DNA of 64,000 nt from Octopus vulgaris (GCA_951406725.2 OX597827.1:50902001-50966000); one strand, 5' to 3'. Positions 13,700 through 27,676 are shown, counted from the first letter of the stretch. Notes: a model not told the origin generated them from the sequence alone. Numbers and translations: made by a program.

Positions 13700-14200
13700 G
13701 ACACTTCTTCTTCCTGCCATTAACCCTCCAACGCGGTGTATAGGCCACTTATAGTTGAATTCCATGTCGCATAATTTTTCGCTTCTGTACTTATACTCTA
13801 CCATGAATGTCCCTCTTTCTCTAGTTCCTTCTGTGTTGATCTACGCCACGAGTTCTTAGGCCTACCTCTCTATATCCATCCGGATTCCACTGTAAAGCAC
13901 TTTTCGCCACATTTGGTGTGTCTTTTCTAATTGTGCTACCAATCCACTTCCACTTTTTCTTAAATATTTGCTCCCTAATCGAAACTTCATTTGTTCTTTG
14001 CCATAGCTCTATATTGCTTATGTGTTCGGGCCATATAATTTTAAGTATACTACGAAAGCATCTGTTGCTTATTTGACTTAACTGTTGTTCGGCATGTCTC
14101 AGCCCCATACAAAAACACCGCTTTTACGTTAGTGTTAAAAATTCTTATTTTGTTCGTTATTGAAATTACACTTGCGCTCCATACTTTTTTTAACACGATG
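13700..14200 (-). mobile_element. RTE-clade LINE 3' end (second family)
   Basis: KIRIFNTNVKAV.LYGAE, NRCFRSILKIIWPEHISNIELWQRT, KWKWIG..IRK..AKSALQWNP.G..RGRPKNSWRRS, then a (GAA)n tail. Confidence 0.9.
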
Positions 14201-15290
14201 TCCAGAATTGCACAATGATTTTCCGGCAACTACCATAGTTTTGTGTCTATGAATATTGAACGAATATCTACTAAACGACAAGTATAAACAACTATGTTGA
14301 TCAGCTTCTTATATTTGACAAAAGGCTTTAAAAATCTGCAAAAAATAATTGAATTACTCTGGTATTTTTGTAAAAATAAAGGGATAGAGTAAATTTAAAT
14401 TGAATGTACTGATAAGCGTATGAAACAACTTTAGTAATAACAGGTTTTACAAGAAAAACATGTGTATGTGTGTGTGTGTGAGTGTGTGTGTTTAAGTGTG
14501 TATCTGTTTCTAGGTATCTTTGTTCAAGTGAACCTGTGTCAATCACCATTTACATAAAGGGTTGGATACATGTGTACGTGTGTGATTGTATATATATATA
14601 TACATAATTTATGTATATGTATGTGTGTGTAAATATATATACATATGTTAGTGCATGTGCATGTATGCATGGATGTACGTATGTATGAATGCATATATAT
14701 GTGTTTGTATATATATGTGTGTATATATATGTATGTGTGTGTGTGTGTATGCATGTATGTATATTCACACACACAAACACACACACACATACACACACAC
14801 ACACACATACACACACACACACACACACACATATATCTAAATAACAAAACAAACCCACTAAAAGATTCCCAAACACCTCTACCCCAAGGTAGAACGCCTC
14901 TCAGAACCAAAATTCCAATACAAAAGGAAACAGTAATTATAACAGGAGAAACTATCCCTAACATCAACAGTCTCGATTCAGACTCGCCATAACTAAATTA
15001 CTCCAGAAAACTGGAAAGAAACAGACAAAATCACCACAGACTCAGGAACACAATCAAAAAGAAGAAACGTTATAAACCATTTTTTAGGCTCAGAAGAAAG
15101 TTTCCAGGATACCAAGTAGTCCTTATGAATGAGATTAACAATTCATCGACAATAAATACGAGATCCCGGGACTAGACAAACACCGTTCAGTGAACGTTTG
15201 AAGATAAGCGCAAATACCAGATATACTAAATTTCTTGTTTTCTCACTTAAGATATCAAATAAAGGATATATATATATAAGCAGAACGACT

Positions 15291-15573
<283 letters not shown>

Positions 15574-16914
15574 GAGTGGGTGGCTGTTTAAATGGATGGA
15601 TGGATAATGATAAATTTCTCCTACTGGACTAGTACTATTGCATTCATGCCTATCTGATGAATTGCCCAGTAATGCGCCATCTCCGGCCTCAACTGTGTGT
15701 GTGTATGTGTGTGTTTGTACATATGTACTTGTCCTTGTTTGTAAGTATGTGCGTATTTATGTTTTTTTTTAGATTTAAGTTCTTGTTCATGAAGTTGAAG
15801 CCGGTTACAAGACATTTTGTGTTAAGACAGTTCTAAGTATTTTTAAATATGAGTTAGCGTGCGTGTATGTATATAGGTATATACACACCTACATCTATGT
15901 TCCGTGCGAACACGTGCATATTTACATTTTTATATGTCTGTCTTTGTAGATGCTCACAACTAAGTATGTGCATATATTCATTTAAAGAATCTCAAATGGA
16001 AAATATTTTGAATCTCTCTAATTTCACTTTTCTGCAAAAGATTGGATTTGGAGGGTGCAAGTCTCTTTCTTACTCTTTCTTACAAAATCCTTGCATTTCT
16101 AGGTTCTTATGCAAATGCGCAGTTACGTACCTAATGCACCAGTATGCACAAATGAAAATGTATGTATGTATGTATGTATGTATGTATGTATGTATGTATG
16201 TATGTATGTGTGAGAGTGTGTATGTGTCAGTCTGTGCGTAAATATCTTTTACGTAAACATCTTTTACGTCACTAAAGAAGGGTAATTTTTTTGTAAAACG
16301 ATTAACTAACCGTTCGATAGATATGATTGTCAAAAAATATTTTAAGCCGATATCTTAATGTGATCAATGTCCAGTGACTGAAATATGTCAAAAATTGAAA
16401 ATGCGTGTGGAGTATGCATGTAGCGGTAAGAGGTGGTTGAACAATAACCTGCACCTAGAACAAAAGTATCTATACACTAAGGTAGACATTTTCATATCCG
16501 ACAAGATCGATGAAATAAGTACCGAACAAAGTATATGAATCGATATAATCGACTAAACTTCATGAATACAGTACCCCAGTATGGCTTCTGTCCAAAGACT
16601 GAAGCCAGTAAGAGAGGAAAACAATGAACTGATGTAATTCCCTGGATTAACAGATTTAATCCTTGTGGAGAATTATTTGATGGCAAGCTGCAGGAGTTTG
16701 AAAGGATTGCCAATTGTTAAAAATTGAGCAAATTCAAAAATATTAAGAGCAGCCATACCACGAGAGTTAAAACGTGGTTCAGGGTTCGATATCACAGTGA
16801 AGTCATTTCCATTGACACCAAGTACTGATCAATTCCTTGTGAGAAACTGGCAGATAAAATCTGTTCCGGAGTTCCTCTGGGCGTGCTTGTGTGTGTGTGT
16901 GTATGTGTGTGTGT

Positions 16915-16955
<41 letters not shown>

Positions 16956-17207
16956 CGCACGTGTGCGTGTGTGCATGAGCGCGTGTGCGTGTCTATGTGT
17001 GTATGACCGCGACTATGTTTATGCTTGCTAGTATAAAAATCAAAGTAGTGTTGTAAAGTTTAAGTTAGAAGTTAATCCTAAATTCGCAAAGGAGGAGCTT
17101 TGCTAACAAAATTGATTCCGATATATGAGTGATACTTATTACATCAACCCCTAGAACATAAGGTAATGCAACTAAGCATTACAAGAGCACGATAATAATG
17201 ATGATGT

Positions 17208-17247
<40 letters not shown>

Positions 17248-18078
17248 AAAATTCTAACTAGGCTCCACCTTCAAGGTCATGCATTATTTATCTTAATACG
17301 AGAACATCATATGATTGAAAGAGGTTTTCTTTTTTCTAAACACAAGCTTCCGAGTCTTATCAAATTATGCACATACAAGGATAATTGAAATAAGGGTTAA
17401 TTGACAACATGTATGAAACTGAATCAGTAGAAATATTACAGTTTAGATATGAATGTATACCTGCACTGAATAACCATGTAACTAAGTGGTAGGATTTGAT
17501 GACAAAATATTTTTGAACACTTATTATTCAGTAACTGATATTGTGTAGCAAATGATTGTGTGTTTGATTTAACATTCCTCCAACGAAGATTCTATAGAGT
17601 AAACAACAAAATTTGTTTAATTAATAGCATCCGATAGATCAATACTAATTGCCACATAATCAGGGCAACGTTTAGATTATATACACCTTGCGTTGATTCT
17701 TCACATTTTCATGGTCTATTGATTTCATAAATTGATTGTAATGAAAATCGTTATATTTCTCTTTCAATCAAGGGATTAATTGTGCAGGAATTTAGCTTAT
17801 TAAACTTCGCAACAGAAAACTCTTCATCAGGTCTTCAGATGAGTGGGTGTGGACCTCAACTAAAAAAATCGAATAATGGAATGTGTGTGAGTTTCACATC
17901 AATGAGATCATGTATCGGATGTCAGTCTCAGGTTAGAAACGTTACCATGGTTGTCAAACTTAATGATTTGTTAGTACCAGTGAATTAAAGTGCCAGTTGG
18001 AGACTGACATTTAGAACCTAACACTTTGGACATTATAGCATCATGATACTGAATTGTTTTTAGTTAACAGATATTTAA

Positions 18079-18493
18079 GGCGGCGAGCTGGCAGAATCGT
18101 TAGCACGCCGGGCGAAATGCTTAGCGGTATTTCGTCTGCCGTTACGTTGTGAGTTCAAATTCCGCCGAGGTCGACTTTACCTTTCATCCTTTCGGGGTCG
18201 ATAAATTAAGTACCAGTTACGCACTGGGGTCGATGTAATCGACTTAATATCTATGTCTGTCCTTGTTTGTCCCTTCTATGTTTAGCCCCTTGTGGGTAAT
18301 AAAGAAATAGGTATTTCGTCTGCCGTTACGTTCTAAGTTCAAATTCCGCCGAGGTCGATTTTGCCTTTCATGCTTTCGGGGTCGATTAAAAAAGTACCAG
18401 TTACGCACTGGGGTCGATGTAATCGACTTAATCCGTTTGTCTGTCGTTGTTTGTCCCCTCTGTGTTTAGCCCCTTGTGAGCAGTAAAGAAATA
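18079..18493 (+). mobile_element. tRNA-derived SINE, family B (Nin-like core), internally duplicated form
   Basis: GGCGGCGAGCTGGCAGAATCGTTAGC head, GAGTTCAAATTCC B box, GCCTTTCATCCTTTCGGGGTCGATAAA..AAGTACCAG core. A 184-bp unit is repeated from 18126 and 18310. Confidence 0.92.
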
Positions 18494-18650
18494 GATATTT
18501 TTTACTGCAAACATACAATGAAATCTCTGCTGGTCTTTCGTCCTTTCTACTTGGTGCATAGCTTTCAATATACGAGCTTATGCGATACTTTACAATCTTT
18601 ACACGCATGCACACATACCTACATACATACATACATATATATATATATAC

Positions 18651-19018
18651 ATCATGGCTGCCCCTCGTTATCGAGTATGGCCATTGCACAAAACTTAACT
18701 GTTACTGGTGCTGTGATCGAATGTGACTTTTTAGCCCAGCTAAAGATCTACAATGTCTTGTACAAAATTGGCAACTAAAACCTTTATTGGTAATAGCCGG
18801 CTGTAGCTGTAACTGGGCTTCATGTACTTTTGCATGTCGTTTAAGTCCTCCTGCCGAATTACACTCTCTTCCACATGCCCGACAGATATGATTAGTATGG
18901 TGTGTTACACCACCATCAGTGGCCAGGTTGTCACTCATCTGTCTCGTTTTATGACTACGAAGATGACTCATGAGTCCAGCTTTACTGTGGCAGGGTCTTG
19001 CACAGACATTGCATGTCA
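18651..19018 (-). mobile_element. RTE-like LINE 3' end encoding three C2H2 zinc fingers
   Basis: CNVC..SKAGLMSHLRSH / CRAC..SAGGLKRHAKVH / CQFC..SLAGLKSHIRSQH*, followed by a ~50-nt 3' UTR. Near-identical shorter copy at 59062-59370. Confidence 0.75.
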
Positions 19019-19028
19019 TATATATACA

Positions 19029-19063
<35 letters not shown>

Positions 19064-19066
19064 TTA

Positions 19067-19296
19067 TATTTCTTTACTACCCACAAGGGGCTAAACATAG
19101 AGGGGACAAACAAGGACAGACAAAGGGATTAAGTCGATTACATCGACCCAGTGCGAAACTGGTACTTTATTTATCGACCCCGAGAGGATGAAAGGCAAAG
19201 TCGACCTCGGCGGAATTTGAACTCAGAATGTAACGACAGACGAAATACCGCTAAGCATTTCGCCTGGCGTTCTAACGTTTCTGCCAGCTCGCCGCC
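19067..19296 (-). mobile_element. SINE family B, monomer
   Basis: Reverse complement of head, core and AAAGAAATA tail. Confidence 0.92.
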
Positions 19297-19854
19297 TTAT
19301 ACATACATAATATATACACGCGCTCACACACATATCGGAGTTTGATTGTGTCCAGATAAATATATTAGTCAATAGAATTCCAACACGGTCTGATTTTCAC
19401 GTTTAAATTTTATATTTCTTACATTTTTACATATTATATTAATACAAATATCGTCATGCTTTCTGCAATCTTCAAGTTTTGCAGTAGCTGTCTTAACCGA
19501 CAGATATGCTTCACAGCTGATAACTTTTAAATACCTTCCAATAAGCTCCTGCAAGCTGAGTCTTATGAACAGTATTTTAACTAATCAGCGTACGGTTTAG
19601 ACGTCACGGTTCAATGAGCGCAGCAACCCAGTTGACATTAACAGCATTTATTCATAGAAACATGTTCATCAATCAGAATCATCTGTAAAGGATTCGGCTA
19701 CATTCAGATGTTGAGAAACAGCTTAAATATCTTTTAATATTACAGTTAAAATTTCTACGGCTTTTAATAAAATTATATATAAATTGAATTGACTGCAAAG
19801 TTTGAACATCTGATGTATATTCTTTCAACAGAGCAAGTTTACCGAAATATTTGT

Positions 19855-19990
19855 TTCAATTTTTGGCACAAGACCAGCAACGTAACGGGAGGGGTAAGTC
19901 GATTACAGCGATCCCAGTACCCAACTGGTACATATTTTATAGATCTCGAAAGGAGGAAAGGTAAAGTCGACCTCGGGGGAATTTGAACTC
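19855..19990 (-). mobile_element. SINE family B, partial (alternative tail)
   Basis: B box, core and GCTGGTCTTGTGCCAAAA tail. Confidence 0.75.
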
Positions 19991-20222
19991 TATGACAGAC
20001 GATATTCGTCTGCTACGATTTATGTATATGCTTTTATGCACCAAGCGCCTATATGGGAAGATCTCTGAAGACTAATAACGCAGTATTCGGTGTTCTAACA
20101 AGACATCCATGTTAAGTCGGATATAGAGATTATCTTTTGACATTAACACTGCTTCCATCGCTAATAATTAATTAATGCGCATGTGTGTGTGTGTGTGTGT
20201 GTGTGTGTCTGTGTCTGTGTCT

Positions 20223-20277
<55 letters not shown>

Positions 20278-21030
20278 TGTGTAACTTCAACAATGTACAA
20301 ATAACAATATTTTTTTAATTATTTCTCGTCTAAATCCCATCAAAGCCAACTTTATTTTTTCGTACGAAATATCTTGAAATAGCATTGATTATATATATGC
20401 ACATCTCTAAATAGAAAACCGATCAGATGACCCTGAAAAACTGCTGACAATGTGAAGTTAATACATATTAAATCCTATCCTAAATTACATTCTCCATTTC
20501 TTCTGCAAAAACAATTCTCAGTCCAAGCGTCAAGTAGGTCATACGTATTCGTCTACGTAAATTTGCACGTCGATAAATATCACTAAATTGAAACCTGCCG
20601 AAATTCGTATGGCATCCTTCCTTTCCGGTCATTCTTCTTTTTCCATTTATAATTTCTTTTTCTTTAATTGTAATTTATCTTAACTGTTCTTTTTTAACCT
20701 TCTTTTCTCTATCATTTCTTATTCTTATCTTCCCGCCTCTTCTTTTATTTTTGTTTCTGTTTTTCTTTAATCCTTACTGTTGTTATTCAATTTTATTTTT
20801 TTCCTTTTCTTTTCATTTTTTTTTTAATGTTGTAACTTGCTGGAGTATGTGACAAACAACACCCCGCCGCCAATGTTGTTTTCAAGGTCACCTGATCAAA
20901 ATTAATCGATAGATATATTTATAAACTTCAAGAAGTGCAACGCCAGACGACTGAGGATTACAACTGAGAAAGCCTGAGTAGCGACTAGCGTAGGCTCGGT
21001 TTTGAATATATATATATAACTCTGTGTGTG

Positions 21031-21096
<66 letters not shown>

Positions 21097-21279
21097 ACTT
21101 TCTTCGCGTATGTGGGCGATGTCTGCGTTTTATTTCATTTTCAATCAGTTTTTTTCCTTTTTTGTTACTTTTTTCCATCCCACGTTTATGTACATTTCCA
21201 CATGTTTTTGTAATTTTTCTGGGTGGTACGCTTTATATGTTTATACCCGTGTGGTCAATAAAGAAATAAAAGTAATTAA

Positions 21280-21517
21280 GGCGGCGAGCTGGCAGAATCG
21301 TTAGCACGTCATGACAAAACGCTCAGCGGTTTTTTGCCAATCGCTACGTTCTGAGTTCAAATTCCGCCGAGTTTGACTTTGCCTTTCATCCTTTTAAAGG
21401 CGGCGAGCTGGCAGAAGCGTTAGCACGCCGGGCGAAATGCGTAGCTGTATTTCGTCTGCCGTTACGTTCTGAGTTCAAATTCTGCCGAGGTCGACTTTAC
21501 TTTTCATCCTTTCGGGA
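21280..21517 (+). mobile_element. Two tandem 3'-truncated family B SINE heads
   Basis: GGCGGCGAGCTGGCAGAA at 21280 and 21399, each running into the core. Confidence 0.85.
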
Positions 21518-21970
21518 GTCGTGTGTGTGTGTGTGTGTGTGTGTTTTCAACACTTAGATATTACACATGATAAAAAGTAACCAGCAGCTAACCACGATCT
21601 CTACACAATATGAAGAGGACTAACAGAGCAGCAATTGGTGAACTGCAGAAGAAAGAAGAGAACACTTCATCAGGGACACGGCGAAGAAAAATACACAGTA
21701 AATATGAAAACAAAATATTTGTTAAAAGTGGTCACAGATTCTTCTGCTTTTGTAATGTTACCAGATGGATGATAGAAAAGTAAAAAATGAATACAACGAT
21801 GCTGGACATTCATTGGTAGTACAAATGCTGCCCAGCACTAGTAGTGGGAGTGGTATCGTCGAAGGGAGTTCAAATCGTTCTGACCTCCAACTGACAGGTA
21901 AAGGGAATGCCTCGCTGATCAAGCTGTATGTAGACAATAACACTTACATACACGCAGATAGATATATACA

Positions 21971-22099
<129 letters not shown>

Positions 22100-22804
22100 C
22101 TCTCAGAGATTTAGAAATTTAATATTTCTGTTTTCGAAATCAGTGAATAGATGGAGGTGTTTATCTCCCCTTTGAAAACATAAAATGTGTCATGGCCAAC
22201 TGGGAACATATGATGGTATATTGCCAGCTTAATGAGACAGTCCCATGAAATATGCCCTAAGTACAATGCTTCCAGGATCACATCCAATGAGTCCTGCTTT
22301 CGGCTGTATCATTCAAAGGACATCATTTGGTTACTATTTCTCTCGCTAATTTTATAACTATCCGCTAACGCTCTTAAATACTAACCAGCATTGTTTTATC
22401 ATTTCGTTGTTATGCTTTCATCCTTTTTGATTTCTATATTTTACATTTCTTGCTTAAGTAGAGTTTTGTGTTTATTCCTTCCTAGACCTATCAAAAATTT
22501 TACTCCTAACGTGTAATAACATTCCAAACTAAGATGTTTCATTTCTATGAAAAGTTTCGAACATAGAGGAAGAAAGTACAGAGGAAGAAAAATCAATCTA
22601 GAGAATAGGGGAGAGGTGGGAGTGAAGGGAAGACGAAACAGTGAGTGGGAGAAATTTCAGTCATTCTGAGCTTAGATATGATATTAGGTAAAGCCTCCAG
22701 CTATTCTCCGCCAGTCTTTTAAATGATGCTAGGAAGTCGCTAAACAGAAATCTTACCATTAATCGCCCACAATACATATTATAAGGTCGTTGTAGAAAAT
22801 TGTG

Positions 22805-23018
22805 CTGTTGTTTTTGTTTTTGTTGTGTTGTCATACGTCAACTTTGACTCGGATGACTTATGATTGGTGGCATTCCAACTGTGACCAACTCATCCTTTTT
22901 CAGACACAGTTTATCTAGAGCGACATCATGCATCATATCCCTCGGTTTTTAATGCCTTTTAGTATAATTGGAGAAAGATTTAACTGCTATTTCTTGCAAA
23001 TCGAATGACCACATAGAG
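22805..23018 (-). mobile_element. Dispersed repeat family E copy
   Basis: Reverse-complement similarity to 8242-8436. Confidence 0.5.
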
Positions 23019-23525
23019 CTTCTTTCCGGGAAGTGATGTAATCTATGATGATTATGATGATTGTCGCCATCAATATCATAATGTTAATAACGATCACCAA
23101 CACAATATTTGATAAGTCATGATAATGATGTTGATGGCAGTGATGGTATTGAGTATCAGGATAGATACCACTGACAAAGTGAAGGTATTAAAAGATAAAA
23201 GCGAAGTGAGAAATTTCCAGATTTTGACTTGACATTCTTCTTTGATTACTTAACGCTTAAAAAGATTAGCGAAGTTTTGATGGAAGGAAGTTCAATCTGG
23301 TGTGAAGTTACTGACAAGATGACAGCTGGCAAGTGCTACAAGGAAACGTGCTTATATAAAAGAGGAAAAGAAGAGAGAAAAAAAAACGTAAAATTATTTT
23401 GAAAATTTGAATAAAGTATTGGGAATGCTATTTTTAAATCAGGTTAAATAACATTGTATAATATAGCCTGTGGAGCTGGGTGAAGCTGAGTGAGACGGAT
23501 GTCTCTGCAGCGAGAGAACTTAAGA

Positions 23526-23571
<46 letters not shown>

Positions 23572-23924
23572 ATAAGTTCTCAGATGGATTCTAGTTAGTT
23601 AACATTATATTACATACAGAAGGTGGTGGAAATTGCAGGAACGGTAGATTATGGACTAAATGTGTTATAGCATTTAGTTCTGTTGCTTTTGACTCCGGGG
23701 TAGACTTCACTTTTTGCTCCAAAGTAATCAATAAAACGACGAGTGACATTGGAGGTAATTTCGCGGCGCAGCAACCAAATATTTATTGTGTGCTATAACC
23801 ATTTCAGTTCACCTGGTTTCTTATATTCCTTAAGAAATGCATGATGGTAATAACACCCGATGTAACCGAAATGTTATCTTTAAATCAGGGTAGCAACAGC
23901 AGTGGTAGCAGTTGTTGTTGATGT

Positions 23925-23925
23925 T

Positions 23926-23982
<57 letters not shown>

Positions 23983-24292
23983 TCGGCGGCGACGGTGACG
24001 TGACGGTGGCGTGGCGGCAGCGGCGTAGTGGCGTAGCGGCGGTAGCGGCGTCAGCGGCGTAGCGGCGGTAGCGGCGTCAGCGGCGTAGCGGCGTCAGCGG
24101 CGTAGCGGCGTAGCGGCGTAGCGGCGTCAGCGGCGTCAGCGGCGTCAGCGGCGTCAGCGGCGTCAGCGGCGTCAGCGGCGTCAGCGGCGTCAGCGGCGTA
24201 GCGGTGTAGCGGTGTAGCGGCGTAGCGGCGTAGCGGCGTAGCGGTGTAGCGGCGTAGCGGTGTAGCGGCGTAGCGGTGTGGCGGCGGCAGCT
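23925..24292. repeat. (GTA)n grading into GC-rich (GCGGCGTA / GCGGCGTCA / GCGGTGTA)n minisatellite
   Basis: Directly visible. Confidence 0.95.
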
Positions 24293-25322
24293 GTAGAGTA
24301 GTGGTGACGTAGCGGGAGGTATTTTATATGGCTGTGGTGAGAGTTAATCTCGACATCTTACTCATATAGTTTCATTCCCTTCTAATTCTCTTTTACCATA
24401 ATTAAATACATTTTCCAAGTAATTTTCCTTCTCTCTGCTCTGTCTCTTTACTTTTCATTTTAGAAAGACTTATCTTTTCTTGCTTTCCATTCACCCTTAT
24501 GGCACACCTTTATCCTCCTCTTCCCTGCAGACATCATTTCTCCTCTTCACTCCATTCTTCTTTACTTCCTTATTCAAGTTCTGTTTTGCTAATGTCTTTC
24601 TAGCTTTTCACATTTTGTTTGGAAGACCACTTCAGATGGACAAGTGCAGTCATTCAGCTGCTTTGGTCAACACAATCTTCGGATCAATATTGACTAGCTG
24701 TGCTCTTAAAAGTCTTGCTGGCTTAAAGAATTTCCTTCTCCTCTTGTTCACTTTTTCTCTCGCTCGCTTTTCTCCTCTTTTTACACACACACACACACAC
24801 CCACACATACGTACGCGCACACAAAAGCACGCCTACATACATACATCATAGCCAATTTTTTTCTCTTCTTTATCGCTGTGTTTGGTATTGTATTTCTCTA
24901 TCAATCTCCATTAAGATTCGTTACTATACACATCGGTGAAACTGGTTCAAGTTGACAGCATCTGATGTCACATAAACATCTATTAATGGGTATGTTTATG
25001 CGATCAACATATCTTGTGACTGGGTAAACAATTTCTACACACACATACACACACACATATACATACATATACATGTGTGTGTGTGTGTGTGTGTAAGTCT
25101 TTAAATTTGTACACGCGTATATACACTGCCACACATAAACACAAGTAAGTGGATGTCTGTCGTTGTTAACAAAGAGTATTCAGCTATTAGCTCAATGGAA
25201 CTTCATAAAAGTGGCCGCGTATTCCACAGATACGTATAACTTTTTACGTAATCCTTCGGTTGAATCAAGTTGACGCAAGTTAAGATAAAACTGGAAGTGT
25301 AAAGTTCGGAGCGAATTGAAGC

Positions 25323-25389
<67 letters not shown>

Positions 25390-25570
25390 CGAGACAAGGT
25401 TCAAGCTAACCCCGGAGGAGAAGGATAATATGGAATCGATTTCCGATCGCCTAGAAGTAATGTGAAATTAGGGTAGATTATTGAAGTCTCTTCTCCGAGA
25501 TAGCAAGATTGCGTCTTTTCCAATCGGCAATAATGATACCAATGACGTAAATATATATTACAGAGAAAAA

Positions 25571-25985
25571 GGCGGCGAGCAGGCAGAAACGTTAGCACGC
25601 CGAGCGAAATGCTTAGCGGTATTTCGTCTGTCGTTACGTTCTGAGTTCAAACTCCACCGAGGTCGACTTTGCCTTTCATCCTTTCAGGGTCGATTAATTA
25701 AGTACCAGTTACGCACTGGGCTCGATATAATCGACTTAATCCGTTTGTCTGTCCTTGTTTGTCCCCTCTGTGTGTAACCCCTTGTGGACAGTAAAGAAAT
25801 AGGTATTTCGTCTGTCGTTACGTTCTGAGTTCAAATTCCGCCAAGGTCGACTTTGCCTTTCATCCTTCCGGGGTCGATAAATAAAGTACCAGTTTCGCAC
25901 TAGAGTCGATGTAATCAACTTAATCCGTTTGTCCGTCCTTGTTTGTCCCCTCTATGTTTAGCCCCATGTGGGCAATAAAGAAATA
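25571..25985 (+). mobile_element. SINE family B, internally duplicated form
   Basis: Head plus a 184-bp unit at 25618 and 25802. Confidence 0.92.
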
Positions 25986-26127
25986 TATATATTACAGAGA
26001 GAAGACAAAGTAAAACTAACAAAAAACAAGCAGACCTATGTCTGTCCAGCAGTAGTTTCCATGCATGCATACATGCATACATACATACAAACATACATGC
26101 ATGCATACATACTATATATATATATAT

Positions 26128-26230
26128 ATGGAGCAAAACAGTTTGATTCAAATTCGTTGGTACTCTTGAGTTTCAAGCGTGATGCCAGTCGTCAGCCATT
26201 TTGAATTTGAATCGAATTGTTTTGATCCAT
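26128..26230 (-). ncRNA. Type-I hammerhead motif with extended stem I, in a (TA)n-flanked unit
   Basis: Minus strand: gattcaaattc aaaa tgg-CTGACGA-ctggcatcacgctt-GAAA-ctc aa gag-TA-cca ac gaatttgaatc. Confidence 0.7.
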
Positions 26231-26444
26231 ACATGTGACTCAATACATTTGTTGAGTGCCCTTCTTTCGTTTGTCCACCCACTCGTATATATATATGTGT
26301 GATGCATGTATGTATATATATATATATGTATGTATATATATATATATATATGCATGTATGTATGTATGTGTGTGTGTATGTATGTATGTATGTATGTATG
26401 TATTTATGTATGTATGTATGTATATATGTATGTATGTATATATG

Positions 26445-26497
<53 letters not shown>

Positions 26498-26574
26498 AAT
26501 AAAACAGGGAAGTAGACATCTTTTGCACAAGCACCAGCAGCTACAGAGACTACATATTGAATTGAAATAATGGA

Positions 26575-26956
26575 AGGGGACGTTTTGTGGCGCTACAGTG
26601 GTTGTTTTGGTGTGAAAACTGAGATTTTATTGACTTTGGGGGGCACTTGATGGTCTAGATCGGACACCTTTTGCCCGATTTCTATCAAATTTTCAACATG
26701 GTAAAGTGGAAGCGGATTTGTAATTTAAACGCAGAAATCTAATTTTTTTTATGAATGGCATAGAGATAGATAGAGAAAGATAAAAAGTAAGAGAAAGCTA
26801 GGGAAAGTCCGAGAGAAAGGAAGGGTAAGAGAGTGGGAAAATAAGAAAGGGTAGAGAAACAAAGAGAGAGAACGTGGCGATAAGAAACAGAAAGGACGCA
26901 ACAGAAAGTAACAACCAGAACCTCACCCGCGCGTAGAGCGGGTCACCTTAAGCTAG
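26575..26956 (+). mobile_element. Non-autonomous Helitron-like element, 3' end
   Basis: GC-rich hairpin ACCCGC-gcgtaga-GCGGGT (26925-26943) 9 nt upstream of CTAG|T (26953-26956). The 5' boundary is uncertain. Confidence 0.55.
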
Positions 26957-27099
26957 TAATTAAATAGTAAAGTAAATAATGATTATTAGGGTGGAATTTA
27001 ATATTGTGTTTGTATGAATACCGTTAGTCGACCTGCAAGTAATAACAACCAAGTTTCCTCAAATCATACTATATTTTCTGAAAATGGAATGACGATGTA

Positions 27100-27430
27100 G
27101 TCTTAGTTGCACAAGAGGGTCATGACTGGAGTGGCTTAGATTGTAGGTCTTCTTAATCAGCGTTGGCCGGTAACTAAACAGCCTCAACGTTGAAATTCCT
27201 TTAGGCATTTCTTTGCTGTTATTCACAAATCCTCTTTCTCTCTTCGACCTCCATCTATCCTCGTGACATACGAAGTTAAACATAATCTAAAGTTATCGAT
27301 CAGTTAAGCTTTCACTTTCCTTTCATCGAATACTCTTCGCTTGTTTTCACCGATCACTCAAGGACACTGCATTTACACCCTGTTCATCTCATACATTGTA
27401 CTGCCTAGAATGCATTTCCATCGTTACTTC
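27100..27430 (-). mobile_element. Possible degraded RTE 3' region
   Basis: FVCHEDR resembles WFGHVER, with a downstream LIKK motif. Heavily frameshifted. Confidence 0.3.
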
Positions 27431-27615
27431 TGTAACGAACAAGAAATGGATGTGTGAGACAAGTGAAGAACATGAAGACAGATGCGTCAGTTGACAAAGC
27501 GATAATGGTTTGCATCATGGCATCATAATAAAATTGGTCTGGAACTTATACAACAGCCTAACAAAAATATACTATATTTTCCTTCTCTCTCTCTATCCCT
27601 CTCTTTCTCTCTCTC

Positions 27616-27676
<61 letters not shown>

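Noticed and set aside
14840-15270. A/C-rich segment between microsatellites, possibly a LINE piece
   Set aside because: No recognisable domain or second copy in the window.
18079-18160. tRNA genes at SINE heads (also 35907, 60454, 62120)
   Set aside because: A and B boxes are present but there is no full cloverleaf, and each continues into a SINE core and tail.
18702-19049. Host C2H2 zinc-finger gene
   Set aside because: No TGEKP linkers, the start lies in a microsatellite, and a second, differently 5'-truncated copy with the same short UTR indicates a retroelement end.
20940-20990. Hammerhead-like CAGACGA/CTGAGGA..GAAA..GTA before a TA tract
   Set aside because: Stems II and III do not pair; too degenerate to call.
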